Part shown: in pieces, positions 9,888 through 19,150 of the stretch
How the letters are laid out: every line of letters begins with the position of its first letter
How positions within the stretch are numbered: the stretch's first letter is position 1
Source: Candidatus Latescibacterota bacterium
GTDB lineage: Bacteria; Latescibacterota; UBA2968; GCA-2709665
DNA: 64,000 nucleotides
Assembly (NCBI GenBank): GCA_965208835.1
Contig: OZ242358.1
Coordinates: 1,760,001 to 1,824,000 of the forward strand
Direction: 5' to 3'
Program-made: the position numbers and the translations under genes
Notes under the pieces: model-generated
Told to the model about the DNA's origin: nothing
The model's input: the letters and a program-made list of their open reading frames with translations, nothing else
Databases searched by the model: none

Positions 9888-11114
9888 ATGCGATTCCTTC
9901 GCCGGGCGGGCATTCCGGTACTCGCACTGCTCGTGTTGGCATCACTCGGGACCGCGCCCCCGGAGGCGTTGGCAAAAAAGAAGAAGATCACGAAGGGGGA
10001 CGCCAAGATTGCCAAGCGGTCCGCCCACCTCTACGTCAGCCAGCGCCTGTTCGACAAGGCCCTGGCCCAGTTGCTGATCGTCATCGAAGGCGACCCCAAT
10101 GACGTACAGGCGCACTTCATGCTGGGCGAGATATATTCCGAGAAGAACATGCAGGACGAAATGAGGAAGGAATTCGAGTGGGTCCTGGGTACCAAGAAAG
10201 GCAAGAAAAAATACGCCAAGAAAATCCAGCCCTACCTGGACATGTGGTGGAGCCGGAACTACAATAACGCCGTACGGGCGATCGGCGCGGAAGACTTCGG
10301 CCCGGCTATCGAATCGCTTCAGAAAGCAATCGCACTCGCGCCGGAGAAGCCTATGTCCTATCAGGCGCTGGGGGTGGCCTACCTGAACATGGGCCAGGCG
10401 CAGGCCGGCATCGACGCCTACGAAAAGGCGGTCGAGCTCGACAGCACGGAAGCATCCTCGTTCGTCAACCTGGGCCGGGCGTACATGAATCTCAAGAGTT
10501 ACGAAGAAGCCACGCAGTGCTTCACCAGGGCCCATAAACTGGCTCCCGATAACGCCGGCTACCTCAACGACCTCGCCCGCGCCCACCAGTTCAACGGCGA
10601 CACCGCGGCCGCTCTCGAATCCGCGGAGAAGGCCCTGGCCATCGAACCCGACAACGTGGACGTTTCGCAGATGGCCGGACAGATGCACCTGTTGGGCGGC
10701 AACTACGAGAAGGCTGCCGAACTCCTGGAGACGGTGGCCGCTCAGAAGCCGGAAGACGTGGACAACCTGTTCAATCTCGCGGAGTGTTACAGGAATCTCG
10801 GAAGGGTCGACGAGGCCGTCAACCTGTTCCTGAAAAGCGTCCAGGCCAATCCGCAGGACGCCGACGCATGGTTCCGGCTGGGCCGGATTTACGAAAAACA
10901 GGAAAAGTACGAGGATTCCATCGAGGCATTGAAGATGGTCGTTAGCATCAGACCCACCAGCGTCCAGGGCTGGCAGGCGCTGTCCCGGTCGTGGGCCCTG
11001 CTCTCGCAGGTGCAGTCTGATGCGGGAATGGACGACGCGGCATCGGAAAGCGCAAAGAAGGCCGAAGAGGCCTACAACATGAGCACGAGCCTGCAGGGTC
11101 AGGCAGACGAGTGA
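9888..11114 (+). CDS. Exported tetratricopeptide-repeat protein
   Basis: Signal peptide (MRFLRRAGIPVLALLVLA) followed by multiple TPR units. Confidence 0.88.
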   Translation: MRFLRRAGIPVLALLVLASLGTAPPEALAKKKKITKGDAKIAKRSAHLYVSQRLFDKALAQLLIVIEGDPNDVQAHFMLGEIYSEKNMQDEMRKEFEWVLGTKKGKKKYAKKIQPYLDMWWSRNYNNAVRAIGAEDFGPAIESLQKAIALAPEKPMSYQALGVAYLNMGQAQAGIDAYEKAVELDSTEASSFVNLGRAYMNLKSYEEATQCFTRAHKLAPDNAGYLNDLARAHQFNGDTAAALESAEKALAIEPDNVDVSQMAGQMHLLGGNYEKAAELLETVAAQKPEDVDNLFNLAECYRNLGRVDEAVNLFLKSVQANPQDADAWFRLGRIYEKQEKYEDSIEALKMVVSIRPTSVQGWQALSRSWALLSQVQSDAGMDDAASESAKKAEEAYNMSTSLQGQADE

Positions 11115-11143
11115 ACAGGAAGCGCCGCCAGGAGAGAGAATCG

Positions 11144-12154
11144 ATGTATCTGACGGAGGAAAAAGTAGCCGTTCTGGGTGCGGCGGGAGCCATCGGCTCA
11201 AATCTCGCCCAGACCCTGCTGGCATCGGGAACAGCCGGCAGGGTATCCATGTACGACCCGTTCGAACCAGGGCTGGAAGGGGCCGCGGAAGAAATCTGGC
11301 ACTGCGGATTTCCGGGGGCGAACGTCACCTGGACCGCGGACGTCGCCGAAGCCCTTGCCGGCGCCAGCTATGTGATCAGTTCGGGCGGCGCCCCCAGAAA
11401 GGAAGGGATGACGCGCGAAGACCTCACGCGCGATAACGGACTGATCGCGAAGCAACTCGGTCTCGACATCAAACAGTATTGCCCCGATTGCAAATTCGTC
11501 ATTATCATCTTCAACCCCGCCGATATCACAGGGCTCACCACGCTGGTGCATTCCGGGCTTTCAGCCGGCCGGGTGTCCACGCTCGCGGCCCTGGACAGCA
11601 CGCGGCTGCAGACGGCGTTGGCCCAGCATTTCATGATTCAGCAGGACCGCGTGACCGGCTGCAAGACCTACGGAGGTCACGGCGAATCGATGGCCGTATT
11701 CAAGAGCGGCACCGCCGTGGACGGGATACCACTCACGGATATACTGGCGGGTAAATCCGTCAACGGTATTTGCATGACAACGGAAGCGTGGAGCGGCATC
11801 CAGGCCCACGTGACCGGCGGCGGCGCCCGGATCATCCAGTTGCGCGGGCGTTCGTCCTTCCAGTCACCCGCGCAGCAGAGCGTCTTCATGTTGAGGGGGC
11901 TCTTCGGCGAACCCTACGACTGGCCCTGCGGCGCTTACGTCAACAATGGCGAATTCAGCAACATAATGATGGCCATGCCTGCGACCCTTTCGGCAGACGG
12001 CGTAACCGGCAGCATGCCTGAGGGAACGGAGGAAGACCTGCAGGCATTGAGGAAATCCTACGCGCACCTGGTCGGATTGCGGGACGAAATCATCGCGGAG
12101 GGCATCCTGCCACCGCTGGCCGAATGGGGAAGCTGCAACCCGAATCTGGCATAG
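11144..12154 (+). CDS. mdh: Malate dehydrogenase (LDH/MDH family)
   Basis: GAAGAIG, GGAPRKEGMTREDL (Arg specificity residue of MDH), NPAD, LDSTR, GGHGE. Confidence 0.88.
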   Translation: MYLTEEKVAVLGAAGAIGSNLAQTLLASGTAGRVSMYDPFEPGLEGAAEEIWHCGFPGANVTWTADVAEALAGASYVISSGGAPRKEGMTREDLTRDNGLIAKQLGLDIKQYCPDCKFVIIIFNPADITGLTTLVHSGLSAGRVSTLAALDSTRLQTALAQHFMIQQDRVTGCKTYGGHGESMAVFKSGTAVDGIPLTDILAGKSVNGICMTTEAWSGIQAHVTGGGARIIQLRGRSSFQSPAQQSVFMLRGLFGEPYDWPCGAYVNNGEFSNIMMAMPATLSADGVTGSMPEGTEEDLQALRKSYAHLVGLRDEIIAEGILPPLAEWGSCNPNLA

Positions 12155-12178
12155 CACCGGTAAGGATACGGTACATTC

Positions 12179-12206
12179 AAGGGGCGCCCCTCGGGTTGCC
12201 CCTTTT
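12179..12206 (+). terminator. Intrinsic terminator after mdh
   Basis: aaggggcgcccc-tc-gggttgcccctt hairpin followed by a T tract. Confidence 0.7.
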
Positions 12207-12321
12207 CGTTTGCCGCGGTTTTGCTTTTTCGTTATTTTCCGGCCGCATCCGGCCGCATCCGGCCGACCGCGGATCTCTTGTTGTTTCCACCGCAGAGGAA
12301 CCTCTGTCCGCACCATACGAC

Positions 12322-13452
12322 ATGCTCGTCAAGGGCGGTACGGTAATCGACCCGGCGCAGGGTCTGCACGCCGTGCGGGACGTGGCTATAGCGGCGGGGC
12401 GCATCGCCGCGCTCGACAGTGAGATCTACGAAGAGACGGCGCAGACCGTGATCGACGCCGCCGGCTACCTGGTAACGCCCGGTCTGATCGATCTGCACGT
12501 CCACGTCTGGTGGGGGGTATCGCACTTCGGCGTGGAACCGGACCCTACCTGCCTGGCGAGGGGCGTGACGACCGTGTACGACACCGGTTCCTCGGGCGCC
12601 GACACGTTTCCGGGATTCAAGAAGTACGTGATCGACGCCAGCGCCACCCGAATCAAGGCCTTTCTGCACGTCTCGTCCCAGGGCCTGTTGACCGCCGACG
12701 TCGGCGAGCTCACCGATCTTCGTTATGCCGACGTGGACCGCGCCGTGCGGATGTGCGAGGCGTACAGTGACGACATTATCGGCGTTAAGATCAGAATGTC
12801 GAAGGGCCTGGTGGGTGAGAACGGCAGGGAAGGCCTGAAACGGGCTTGCGAGATACGCGACGCCACCGGTCTCCCGTTGATGGTCCATCCCAACGCGAGC
12901 CCGGTGTCTTTCGAGGACATGATGGACGCCCTGCAACCCGGAGATATCGTCACGCACTGTTTTCACCAGAGCGACACCGGTATTCTGGATGATTCCGGCG
13001 CGGTCCGTCCCGCCGCTCGCAAAGCAGCGGAAGACGGAATCCTGTTCGACGTGGGTCATGGCCAAAGTAGCTTCGTGTTCGACGTTGCCGAGGCCGCGAT
13101 GTCCCAGGACTTTCCGCCGGACACGATCTCCAGCGACCTCCACGTCTACAATCTGAATGGGCCCGTGTACGACCTTGTCACCACCGTCTCCAAGTTTCTC
13201 TTCTTGGGCCTTTCGCTGGAAGAGGCCGTCGAGAAGGTGACGGCGGCTCCCGCGCGCGCCATGGGTGTGCTCGGCGAAATCGGCACCCTGAGGCCAGGCG
13301 CGAAAGCAGACATGGCCATCCTCGAACTCAAGGCGGGCAGTTGCGTATTCACCGATACCCGCGAACGCACCCGTCAGGCCGAACAGAAACTCGAATGTGT
13401 TTCCACCATCCGCGCCGGCCGGCTATACGCGCCGTCGGCTTTCGACGATTGA
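12322..13452 (+). CDS. Amidohydrolase/deacetylase-family metallohydrolase (dihydroorotase-like, EF_0837/Atu3266 type); start may be CTG 12304
   Basis: PGLIDLHVH, GVTTV.DTGSSGA, GVKIR, THCF, FDVGHG, TISSDLH. Confidence 0.85.
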   Translation: MLVKGGTVIDPAQGLHAVRDVAIAAGRIAALDSEIYEETAQTVIDAAGYLVTPGLIDLHVHVWWGVSHFGVEPDPTCLARGVTTVYDTGSSGADTFPGFKKYVIDASATRIKAFLHVSSQGLLTADVGELTDLRYADVDRAVRMCEAYSDDIIGVKIRMSKGLVGENGREGLKRACEIRDATGLPLMVHPNASPVSFEDMMDALQPGDIVTHCFHQSDTGILDDSGAVRPAARKAAEDGILFDVGHGQSSFVFDVAEAAMSQDFPPDTISSDLHVYNLNGPVYDLVTTVSKFLFLGLSLEEAVEKVTAAPARAMGVLGEIGTLRPGAKADMAILELKAGSCVFTDTRERTRQAEQKLECVSTIRAGRLYAPSAFDD

Positions 13453-13468
13453 CATCGGAGAGACCCCC

Positions 13469-14251
13469 TTGAATATCATGGTACTGTGCGACCTCGAAGG
13501 CGCCGCCGGCGTTGTCGATTTTCAGACGCAGACCTATGACAACACGCGGTACAACGACCAGGCGAAGAACCTGTCCACCCTGGAAATCAATGCGCTTGTG
13601 GACGGTGCCCTGGAAGGCGGAGCCGAGCAGGTCATCGTCCTTGACGGACACGGCAGCGGGGGAATCAACATCGAGCTGATACACTACGAAGCACGGGTCA
13701 TGTTCGGCCGTCCGCTGGTTTCCGCGTGGGATCTCGGCATTGACTTCGACGCCATGTTCCTGTATGGCCACCACGCGATGGAGAACACGCCCGGGGGCGT
13801 GCTGTGCCACAGCTGGAGTTCTCGCGCGATTTCCAACTGCTGGCTGAATGGCGAGCTCATCGGCGAAATCGGGTTCAACATCGCAAACGCCGCGGAGGCC
13901 GGCGTTCCCACGGCGTTTATCAGCGGCGACCGGGCGGCCGTGGACGAAGCGAGGGAGTACGTGGGAAATATCGAAGGCGTTGTCGTCAAGAAGGGGCTCA
14001 GCCGTACAGCGGCCCTCACGCTTTCTCCAGCAAAAGCCCGGGACCTCATCCGCGAAGGCGCGAAGAGGACAATGGGCCGCATCGGGGAATTCGAGCCTTA
14101 CCGCGTTGCGGGTCCCTACACATTTGAGACGGAATACAGGGCCGAATCCAGCGCGGCATCCAAAGCGTCCAGCCCCGGCGTCGAGCGCGTTGATACCCAC
14201 ACCGTCAGGATAACCGGCGACACCCTCGCCGGGATCGCAGAAAGAAAATAA
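13469..14251 (+). CDS. dppA: M55 family D-aminopeptidase
   Basis: TTG start after GGAGAG; DLEG, DGHG, GHHAM, LCHS, GEIG, SGD, VVKKG motifs. Confidence 0.85.
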   Translation: MNIMVLCDLEGAAGVVDFQTQTYDNTRYNDQAKNLSTLEINALVDGALEGGAEQVIVLDGHGSGGINIELIHYEARVMFGRPLVSAWDLGIDFDAMFLYGHHAMENTPGGVLCHSWSSRAISNCWLNGELIGEIGFNIANAAEAGVPTAFISGDRAAVDEAREYVGNIEGVVVKKGLSRTAALTLSPAKARDLIREGAKRTMGRIGEFEPYRVAGPYTFETEYRAESSAASKASSPGVERVDTHTVRITGDTLAGIAERK

Positions 14252-14274
14252 CCGCGCGGTTAAAGGTGCTGATT

Positions 14275-15372
14275 ATGAGCTACTCTCCCGTCGGATTCGA
14301 AAAGTGGGACCTGGATACGCCGGCATTGATGCTGGACCTGGACCTTCTGGAAGACAACATCGCCCGGATTGCCGCCCGCTGCAAAGCCTGCGGCGTCCAC
14401 TGGCGCCCGCATACCAAGGGGAACAAGACCCCGGCCATTGCGCACAAACTGCTTGACGCCGGCGCGATTGGAGTCACCTGCGCGAAACTCGGTGAAGCGG
14501 AAGTCATGGCCGCGTCGGGCATCAAGGATATCCTGGTTGCAAACCAGGTCGTGGGCGAAAGAAAGATGGCCCGCCTGACGCACGTGCAGCGACACGCCGA
14601 CGTTATGGTTGCCATCGACCACCCGGTCCACGTCAACATGATTTCGGAAGCGGCGCAAGCAGTTGGCGTGAGCGTGCGTGTCCTCGTCGAACTGGATATA
14701 GGCATGGGACGCTGTGGCGTCGGGGCGGGGAAGCCCGCCCTGGAGCTGGCGCAGCAGGCCGACGCCGCTCCGGGCGTGACATTCTCGGGCCTGATGGGCT
14801 ACGAGGGCCAGGCAATGGACCTGCCCGATCCGGAGAAGGAAGCCGCCTGCGCCGAAGCCGTCGCCCTTCTCGCGGACTCGCAGGAGCACATCGAGGCGTC
14901 GGGCATCGAATGTCCGATCGTCAGCGCGGGCGGTACCGGAACGCTGGCGTTCACGCCGGACTGCCCGGGCCTCACCGAGATTCAGGCCGGTGGCGGGATC
15001 ATGATGGACACCCTCTACGCCACGTCGATGGGGGTACGGGGGCTGGAACACGCACTCTCCGTTCTTGCCACGGTGGTCAGCCGCCCCGCTCGCGACCGGG
15101 CGTATATCGACGCCGGCCGAAAAACCACTTCGTCACAGTTCGGTCTGCCCTGGGCGAAGGACAGGGAAGGTATTGACGTTGTCGGCCTGTCTGCGGAACA
15201 CGGTCATCTGGAGCTGAAGAATCCCGATCACCCGTTGAAGATCGGGGACAAAATCGAACTCATCTCCGGTTACAGCGACATGACGGTTTTTCTGCACAAT
15301 GAGATCCACGGCATTCGGAACGACCGGGTGGAAGTCGTATGGGACATCCTCGGCCGCGGCAAATTACAGTAG
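14275..15372 (+). CDS. DSD1-family PLP enzyme (D-threonine aldolase / D-serine dehydratase-like, fold type III)
   Basis: LDTPAL, RPHTK, GMGRCG, GYEG, SAGGTGT, EIQAG, DAGRK, LSAEHG. Confidence 0.9.
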   Translation: MSYSPVGFEKWDLDTPALMLDLDLLEDNIARIAARCKACGVHWRPHTKGNKTPAIAHKLLDAGAIGVTCAKLGEAEVMAASGIKDILVANQVVGERKMARLTHVQRHADVMVAIDHPVHVNMISEAAQAVGVSVRVLVELDIGMGRCGVGAGKPALELAQQADAAPGVTFSGLMGYEGQAMDLPDPEKEAACAEAVALLADSQEHIEASGIECPIVSAGGTGTLAFTPDCPGLTEIQAGGGIMMDTLYATSMGVRGLEHALSVLATVVSRPARDRAYIDAGRKTTSSQFGLPWAKDREGIDVVGLSAEHGHLELKNPDHPLKIGDKIELISGYSDMTVFLHNEIHGIRNDRVEVVWDILGRGKLQ

Positions 15373-15468
15373 CGGCAGGAACCGGCCCGCGTGCGTTTCC
15401 CGGATCGATAGTCGTTTCTGCAACCCCGATCTTTCCGTTTCCAATCCGCAATTCAATGGAAGAACGAG

Positions 15469-15675
15469 ATGACTGAGCCGCGGTTCGTGGTGGACCAGGC
15501 CGGTAACCGGGTCGGCGTCCTGCTGGACATCGACGAATACAACCGCCTCCTCGAGGCATCCGGATTGCCGGAATCCCGACGCGCAGGGGAAGAGGATGGG
15601 GCATCCGGCCCTGCCTATACCCGTGACGAGAAAAAGCTGATGGAAGACCGGCTTGAATCTCTGGGCTATCTATGA
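15469..15675 (+). CDS. 68-aa hypothetical protein: antitoxin-like N-terminus, acidic C-terminal RLESLGYL tail
   Basis: Protein-like composition; FVVDQAGNRVGVLLDIDEYNRLLE and YTRDEKKLMEDRLESLGYL; fills the gap before the sulfotransferase. Confidence 0.78.
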   Translation: MTEPRFVVDQAGNRVGVLLDIDEYNRLLEASGLPESRRAGEEDGASGPAYTRDEKKLMEDRLESLGYL

Positions 15676-15733
15676 GGTGCCTCTTCATCCCGCGTAGACG
15701 TCCCGTCTCGTACGGCGTGATCGAAGGCGTCCC

Positions 15734-16312
15734 ATGATCGATCCCGATACGATCGTCGTCGTCTCCGGACTGCCCAGATCGGGCACTTCGATGATGATGC
15801 AGATGCTTGAAGCTGGCGGTATGGAGGTCATGACGGATGGGCTGAGAGCCGCGGATGAAGACAATCTAAGGGGCTATTTCGAATATGAGACCGTCAAAGC
15901 GCTCGACACGGACCGGAGCTGGCTGCCCGAAGCCAGAGGCAAGGCCGTCAAGATCATCTCTGAACTGCTGAAATACCTTCCCGAAACACAGACATACAGA
16001 ATTATCTTCCTGCGCAGGGCACTGGAGGAAGTGCTCGCCTCACAGGACCGAATGCTGGTCCGTCGGGGCGTGCAGCCGGGCGGGCCGGCGGAAAACGCGG
16101 AGATCGCCCGGATCTTTCGCAAACATCTCCGGCAGACGGAAGCCTGGCTGTCCGGACGACCCGGCTTCCGGACCCTCTATGTCCACCACCGGAAGATTAT
16201 GGCGGACCCCGCCCGGGAGGCCGCCCGCGTCAATGCCTTTCTCGACGACCGCCTCGATGAAGCCGCCATGGCCGCCTCCGTAGATGCATCTCTCTATCGC
16301 CAACGTGGATAG
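15734..16312 (+). CDS. Stand-alone PAPS-dependent sulfotransferase
   Basis: 5'-PSB loop SGLPRSGTS; 3'-PB motif FLRRALEEVLASQ; C-terminal VDASLYR. Confidence 0.88.
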   Translation: MIDPDTIVVVSGLPRSGTSMMMQMLEAGGMEVMTDGLRAADEDNLRGYFEYETVKALDTDRSWLPEARGKAVKIISELLKYLPETQTYRIIFLRRALEEVLASQDRMLVRRGVQPGGPAENAEIARIFRKHLRQTEAWLSGRPGFRTLYVHHRKIMADPAREAARVNAFLDDRLDEAAMAASVDASLYRQRG

Positions 16313-16341
16313 ACTCGCGTTTCCCATGCGATAACCCAACC

Positions 16342-16372
16342 AGGCGGCCCATACGGGTCGCCTTCTTCATTT
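16342..16372 (+). terminator. Terminator-like hairpin after the sulfotransferase
   Basis: aggcggccc-atac-gggtcgcct then tcttcattt. Confidence 0.5.
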
Positions 16373-16405
16373 CCCTCCATCCTTTCCATGTCGGGCCTGA
16401 CCTAC

Positions 16406-16653
16406 CCCATTTCCTGCAGGAAGGGGGGAATTGTCACGCCATGAAGATACTTTGCTTTTCTCCCCCTTTCCTTTAGGAGAGGGGGCCGGGGGGAGAGGTC
16501 CCGCGCCTCATTGAGGCGCTGACGTACGTGATTGACGGCACCAAGCCCTATCTAAGGCCGGTGGCGCGCGGGATAACCTCCAACCTTCTTCCTTCTGCCT
16601 TCTGCCTTTTTCCTTCTTCCGCCTTTCTTTGTGTCTTCACGTCTTTGTGTGAG
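16406..16653. repeat. Compound cluster of REP-like palindromes and short tandem repeats
   Basis: Two CCCC-TTTCCT..AGGA-GGGGG palindromes (about 16406-16429 and 16460-16500); five CCTT(C/T)T(G/T) heptamers at 16584-16618; ctttgtgt repeat at 16627-16653. Confidence 0.65.
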
Positions 16654-16881
16654 CCGGTTTTTGGGTTTGTCGGGACTGCCGGATGTCGCTGATGTTCACA
16701 AGTGTGGACGATAGACGACAGATTCGTCGGCCGGTGTAAATACATATCCCATTGTTTTTAAGAGTTTTATAATATTGGCACGCTGATTGCATATACCCTC
16801 GGTAGCGATAACGGGCGGAAAAGAAAGTTGCCTCATTTCCATTTGCCGGACCTCGCTGCTTGCAGGGTCCGCGGAGTTTCC

Positions 16882-18246
16882 ATGAAGAACTTGCTCAAAT
16901 TGCAATCCGGCCTGCTTCTGTGTGTCTTCTTCAGCGGTTGCGCCACCTATACCCACAATGCCGTCACCTTCAGAAGCAGCCTCGCCGGTGGCCACTACGA
17001 AACCGCGCTGCAGACTCTGGGTAATGCCCGGAAAGGCCCCGCACGTCTGCTCTATCTTATGGAGAATGGCCTCATTTCGCACTATAGAGGCGAATATCAC
17101 GCGTCGAACCGGTTTTTCGAGTCCGCCGAACGGCTCTCGGATAGGCTCTTTACGAGGTCGTTGTCCCGCGAGGTGGCCTCGCTGATCACCAATGACCAGG
17201 TACGCGCCTATCGGGGCGAGGAATTCGAACTCGCGTTCATCAACTATTACAGGGCGCTCAACTACTGGTATCTGAATGAGCCGGAGGACGCCCTTGTGGA
17301 GTGCCGAAAGGCCAACCTGAAACTGGATCGTTACGCGGCCCAGGCCGATTACGACGCCACGTACAGGAACGATGCCTTCATTCATTACATAACGGGCCTG
17401 ATTTACGAAGCAACCGGCGAACTCAACGACGCATACGTGTCCTATCGGAACGCATTGGACGCATACGAGACGTATCACGAAGCGTTTGGCCTTGCAGCGC
17501 CGGAGACCCTCGCGAGAGACCTGAGGCGCGTCGAGACCGCCCTGGACTTTGTCGACAACCCCGGGGAAGCAGTCGCCACCCGTGACTCGCACTCAGCCGG
17601 GGACGGCGAACTGATCGTCTTCTCGGAAATCGGATTCGTACCGCACAAGGTAGAGGAGGAAATCAGCCTGCCGATCTACGAGGGCGATGACTTTGGCGGA
17701 AAGAAGGACCGCCTTGAAGGTGTCTCCCGAAAAATCGCGTACCGGCATTTCAAACCGCACTATGCGGGTAAATCAAAAGTCAAATACTGGTTGCGCGTGG
17801 CCCTGCCCGCGTACAAGGACGTCGTGCCGCACACCCACACGATACGGGTCAGCGCCGCGGGACGTCAGACCGCCACCACACTGGCCGAAGACCTCTCGTC
17901 GATCGCGTGGCAGACGTTTCAGGACAAACAGCCGGCGATCCTCGCGCGTACGGTCGCGCGAGGACTGGTCAAGTATTCGGCTTCAGTCAAGGCGAAAGAG
18001 AAGAGCAAGGTCCTTGGATTCATCGTCAATCTGTTCTCTGCCGCAATCGAAACGGCCGATACCCGGAGCTGGGTTTCGCTGCCGCACAACGTGCAGATTG
18101 GCAGGCTCGCGCTGCCCGCCGGGACGCACACCCTGACGCTGGAATCCCTCGACAACCGGGGGCGCGTCATCGAAACCGGAACCATTTCGGATATAGACAT
18201 CCGACCTGGAACCCGGACCTTCGTAAACTACCGGACGTACAAATAG
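16882..18246 (+). CDS. COG3014-like TPR-containing lipoprotein
   Basis: Lipobox FSGC; YRGEEFE, ALVECRK and ADTRSW.SLP motifs; upstream of an LpoB-like gene. Confidence 0.8.
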   Translation: MKNLLKLQSGLLLCVFFSGCATYTHNAVTFRSSLAGGHYETALQTLGNARKGPARLLYLMENGLISHYRGEYHASNRFFESAERLSDRLFTRSLSREVASLITNDQVRAYRGEEFELAFINYYRALNYWYLNEPEDALVECRKANLKLDRYAAQADYDATYRNDAFIHYITGLIYEATGELNDAYVSYRNALDAYETYHEAFGLAAPETLARDLRRVETALDFVDNPGEAVATRDSHSAGDGELIVFSEIGFVPHKVEEEISLPIYEGDDFGGKKDRLEGVSRKIAYRHFKPHYAGKSKVKYWLRVALPAYKDVVPHTHTIRVSAAGRQTATTLAEDLSSIAWQTFQDKQPAILARTVARGLVKYSASVKAKEKSKVLGFIVNLFSAAIETADTRSWVSLPHNVQIGRLALPAGTHTLTLESLDNRGRVIETGTISDIDIRPGTRTFVNYRTYK

Positions 18247-18272
18247 CCACTGCAACCGAGAGGAGGAACACC

Positions 18273-19073
18273 ATGAAGCAACAGATTCGGATCTGCCTGG
18301 CCCTTGTTCTCGCCGGATGGAGCCAGACGGTATGGGCGGCGGACATTCCAACGCGGGGCGCCGTCGTCAACATCGTGACGTGGGACGGCAGGAACCTGCC
18401 GCCCATCTACGAACGTTCCGATCAGCTGCCCCTCACCCTGGAAGACGTCGTCAATCTCAGCCGGAATGACTTTGACGACGAGGCGATCCGCCGGATGGTG
18501 CAGGAACGCCGGTTTGCGGGAGACGCTTCCGCCGGCGCGCTGATCGAACTCAAGAAGGCAGGCGTTTCGCAGAAGGTCATTCAGGCCATTTCACTGCATG
18601 CACTGCCTCCCAACCGGGCGTTGACCCTTTCCATTCAACTCGAGTTTTCAGGTCGGTCGCGAGAGGCGCGCAGACGATATCTGTACGTCATCATTCCTGA
18701 CGGACCGGCCGAACGCATCTTCACCGCGGATTTGGGGGCCGTACTGGCGGGGAACTGGAGACGGGACGAGCGTGTGGATCTTACGGATCCCCTCCTCCCC
18801 AGGCAGGTCAGGCGCATCACGTTTGCAGACCGCGTGCCGCTGAAGACGTACGGCGCCAAGACAATGCAGGTCTTCACGTCGACCAAACCGGATATCTTCC
18901 AGTCATCCGATATTCCCGAAGCGGACCGCGCCGGCATCCGGGAGTTCCCCTTCGACTATCCGGTGAGTTCGACGCTGCAGGACTGCCGGCTGCAGGTGCG
19001 CTATCGCGAGGATGTCCTGTTGCCCTACAAATGGCACATGGCGGGCGCACGCTTCCAGTGCGAATGGCACTGA
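18273..19073 (+). CDS. Secreted hypothetical protein
   Basis: SD GAGGAGGA; signal peptide ending VWA; LIELKKAGVS.KVI helical motif. Confidence 0.75.
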   Translation: MKQQIRICLALVLAGWSQTVWAADIPTRGAVVNIVTWDGRNLPPIYERSDQLPLTLEDVVNLSRNDFDDEAIRRMVQERRFAGDASAGALIELKKAGVSQKVIQAISLHALPPNRALTLSIQLEFSGRSREARRRYLYVIIPDGPAERIFTADLGAVLAGNWRRDERVDLTDPLLPRQVRRITFADRVPLKTYGAKTMQVFTSTKPDIFQSSDIPEADRAGIREFPFDYPVSSTLQDCRLQVRYREDVLLPYKWHMAGARFQCEWH

Positions 19074-19150
19074 ATCACACGCCACCTGCCCGGGAGAATC
19101 ACATTCAGCCGCATCGCCTTACAAACCATCTTGCCAGGAGGAGAATCGCC

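Noticed and set aside
12239-12265. Short tandem repeat (ccggccgcat x2.7)
   Set aside because: Too short and GC-rich to support a function.
16406-16653. Possible CRISPR array in the repeat clusters (here and at 59373-59571)
   Set aside because: No constant 23-47-bp repeat with unique spacers, and no cas genes.
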